DNA from: Eledone cirrhosa
Lineage: Eukaryota
Assembly: GCA_964016885.1 (NCBI GenBank)
Contig: OZ024748.1
Coordinates: 19,220,001-19,284,000, forward strand
Reading direction: 5' to 3'
DNA: 64,000 bases
Shown: in pieces, positions 60,601 to 64,000 of the stretch
How positions within the stretch are numbered: position 1 is the first letter of the stretch
Layout: each line of letters begins with the position of its first letter
The notes under the pieces: generated by a model
Told to the model about the DNA's origin: nothing
What the model saw: only the letters and a program-made list of their open reading frames with translations
Database searches by the model: none
Translations under genes and position numbers: made by a program

Positions 60601-60694
60601 TTGCAAAATAATGATGGGATGTTTTGATTTGTAGCTTCACTCTACAGTCTCTTACTACTTACTATATTATTGTATCATTATCACATCACCGCAA

Positions 60695-60903
60695 CTGGTG
60701 CCGCGTTAGATGTACCACTGGTGCAGTCAGTCTTTGGGGATGCCGCTCTAGATGTGCCATTGGTGCAGCCTGTCATTGGGGTGCCACACTAGATGTGCCA
60801 TTAGCGCAGCCAATTTCTGGGTTGCAAGTGGGGCAACAAGTCTTTGGGGGTGCCACAGGTGCAGCCAGTTTTTGGTGTGCCACTCTAGACACTTTTGCAG
60901 TCA
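60695..60903. repeat. GC-rich ~41-42-bp minisatellite, about 5 units
   Basis: TAGATGT at 60707, 60749 and 60790. Confidence 0.8.
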
Positions 60904-60944
60904 GGTTGTCACTTTTGGTCTCTATTCTCCGTGATGCATAGAAG

Positions 60945-61036
60945 AGTCTCGGTATTGTGACCATTCGAGTCTTTGATGTTGTCAGACTGGTATTTTTTTC
61001 TTTGTCTGTGACCTGAAGGAAGGTTTTGAACAAGGA

Positions 61037-61070
<34 letters not shown>

Positions 61071-61600
61071 GAATAGACCCTAGGTACTTGAAGGTGTCCA
61101 CCACTTCAAGTCTTCCTCCCGCCAGCATGATATTGGTTGCTGTATTCTCGTGGACTGGCAGTAACGGTAGAGGGTCGGACGCCATGCTTTGCAGCATAGA
61201 GTTACGGCCTTTTACGATCTGAGTTCAAATCCCACCGAGGTTAACTTTGCCTTTCATCCTTACGGGGTCGATAAAAGAAAGTATCAGTAATACACTGAGG
61301 TAATTACCAAAAGTAGAAACAATTACTATTAACCAGAACTTTGCTCTTTTCTGAGCTGATCTCCATCCCATATGGTACTGATACTTTATACAATCTGGTG
61401 GTATTGAACTCTTGGAGTTCTATTTCACTGCTTCCTAACAACTCAATGTCATCAGCAAATTATTAGCTGGAAATGTGCCATCCTCCAAAAGAAACAGAGG
61501 TGTGGAAACTTAGAGTCTCTCTTGTATGACATTTTCCAGAAAGATGTTGAATAACATTGAATAACAATGGAGACACTCTTGTAGAATTATCCATTGTTAT
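60945..61600 (-). mobile_element. Degenerate RTE-like reverse transcriptase fragment, interrupted by a SINE (61151-61325, +) and (CA)n
   Basis: LFNIFLENVI..FADDIELLGSSEIELQE..YGMEISSEKSKVLV/..LEVVDTFKYLGSI with stops and frameshifts. Confidence 0.82.
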
Positions 61601-61843
61601 TCAAAACTGCACTTTTTGAATTATCATATAGGGCTTCGATTACTTGAATAAGGTTTATGTAATTTGTTATCACAAGTTGTAATCCATTATCACAATATAA
61701 TGTTCGTATATTATTTTAACGCCTATTACGTCTTAACCTTTCGGAGGCTGGTCATTCATCTGAAGATAGCAGATGAGAGGAGAGGATGTTTGGAAGTGAG
61801 AATACAAAAATGAAGACTGACGAGAACAGACAATCTTGAATCT

Positions 61844-61940
<97 letters not shown>

Positions 61941-61999
61941 TATATGTGTGTATTTATATGTGTATATGTGTATATATGTATATATGTATATATATACAT

Positions 62000-62031
<32 letters not shown>

Positions 62032-62032
<1 letters not shown>

Positions 62033-62744
62033 ATTCTTTATAATTATCTCCAAATTATTTTGTTGAGCAAAAATTTGCCAAAACTGCTACTATAGTTCAT
62101 AGTAATAGTTCGGCTACTGTCTTCTTAACACCCCACTCCTCACTGATTAACCTCGATGTCACGTGATTGATTCTTTTGAATTTGCCACCGACCAAGTAGG
62201 CAGTGATTTTTTCAATGTCTTGGAATTTAGTCCTCGCTTGCTTTTTTTCCATCCACTGAATTATTTTTGTATAAGTTCCCTGTGTTCACGCATCGCCTGG
62301 GAACTTAGCTAAGAATTGACTTCCTGATGACGAAAGGCATTCTCCATGTTGTCCATTCGGAAACCATGTTTATTCCCTTTCAGAAACTAATTAGTTGGAG
62401 TGAAATTTTAGTAAGTAAGTTAATTTTTATAACATTCTTATTTTACGTCTTTCATATAATTGTTCTGCATCCCCTTGCATTGAACCACAAAGTTACTAAG
62501 AAAAAGCCTATATATTTGCTAGCATAGGTATGCATCTGTATATATATGTTGGTAGATATACAAATTCTTTATAATTATCTCCAAATTATTTTGTTGAGCA
62601 AAAATTTGCCAAAACTGCTACTATAGTTCATAGTAATAGTTCGGCTACTGTCTTCTTAACACCCCACTCCTCACTGATTAACCTCGATGTCACGTGATTG
62701 ATTCTTTTGAATTTGCCACCGACCAAGTAGGCAGTGATTTTTTC

Positions 62745-62745
<1 letters not shown>
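62032..62745. repeat. 183-bp identical direct repeat (62032-62214 / 62563-62745)
   Basis: Direct comparison; no mismatch seen. Confidence 0.9.
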
Positions 62746-62978
<233 letters not shown>

Positions 62979-63285
62979 GGGGTGAGGCAAAGATTGAGAG
63001 ATAAATAGATAGATAGATATGTTTATCTACTAGACTGAAATATCGCCGGGGCATTAAGCAGATATGTATCAATGCTGTTAATTAAAGATTTAAATCATCT
63101 CATCACCAAGATTCACATATAATACAATTATGCAATTATGCCTTATCAGAAATACGTACATATATACACACACATACACGTTTACATTTATATACATACA
63201 CATACACGAATTTATGCATACATACATACACATACACATAATTATACTTATACACTTATGCATACATACATACACATATGTGTCT

Positions 63286-63374
<89 letters not shown>

Positions 63375-63414
63375 TATAAATATATATATAAACATATATA
63401 TTTATACATATACA

Positions 63415-63448
<34 letters not shown>

Positions 63449-63551
63449 AATATATATATACACATATATATTTATACATATACATATATATATATATATT
63501 CATATATATATATATAAATATATATATACACATATATATTTATACATATAC

Positions 63552-63582
<31 letters not shown>

Positions 63583-63704
63583 AATATATATATACACATA
63601 TATATTTATACATATACATATATATATATATATATATATACATACATATGCATACATATATATATATACACATATATATATGTGTGTGCGTGTGTGTGTG
63701 CGAT

Positions 63705-63779
<75 letters not shown>

Positions 63780-64000
63780 GAAAGTACATACATTTACAGT
63801 CTTTTCTATAGCAGTCAGATATAGAAACAGAGACAGCAATATTATTTCTGTTACTATCATTTCTCGGATTATTTATTTATTTATTCATTTATTTGATATA
63901 ATGTAAGGTGATATATATATATAGTATCAGTGTTTCTAATCAATTATATCTTATACCGTCATATGTAACAGATATTCATACCGAATATGTAATATATCAT

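Noticed and set aside
62322-62345. CTGATGACGAAA hammerhead core
   Set aside because: No stem II, and no pairing for stems I or III.

Overview
Eukaryotic, very AT- and microsatellite-rich intergenic or intronic DNA. The SINE families and simple-repeat load point to an octopus or other cephalopod genome (inference). I found no recognisable host protein-coding gene; nearly all ORF-track entries are microsatellite artefacts. The window holds about 25 tRNA-derived SINE copies (Meta-domain type, plus a few CORE-like ones) and fragments of several non-LTR retrotransposons (Tx1/L1-like with an 18-bp TSD, RTE, Ingi/Vingi-like, CRE-like). It also has Helitron-like ends, a hAT-like MITE, and large 23-, 120- and 17-bp tandem arrays. 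The most notable signal is a set of short Penelope-like (PLE) elements from at least four families, each embedded in (TA)n. They carry hammerhead-ribozyme (HHR) cores and often form near-perfect palindromes (2729-3068, 39597-39787, 39827-39943, 51945-52478); two of these place a complete HHR motif on each strand. A second notable structure is a five-copy stack of a ~605-bp non-autonomous RTE-derived element in (TATG)n, two copies of which show twin-priming-type 5' inversions. Family and clade assignments are from motif recognition only; no database search was run.
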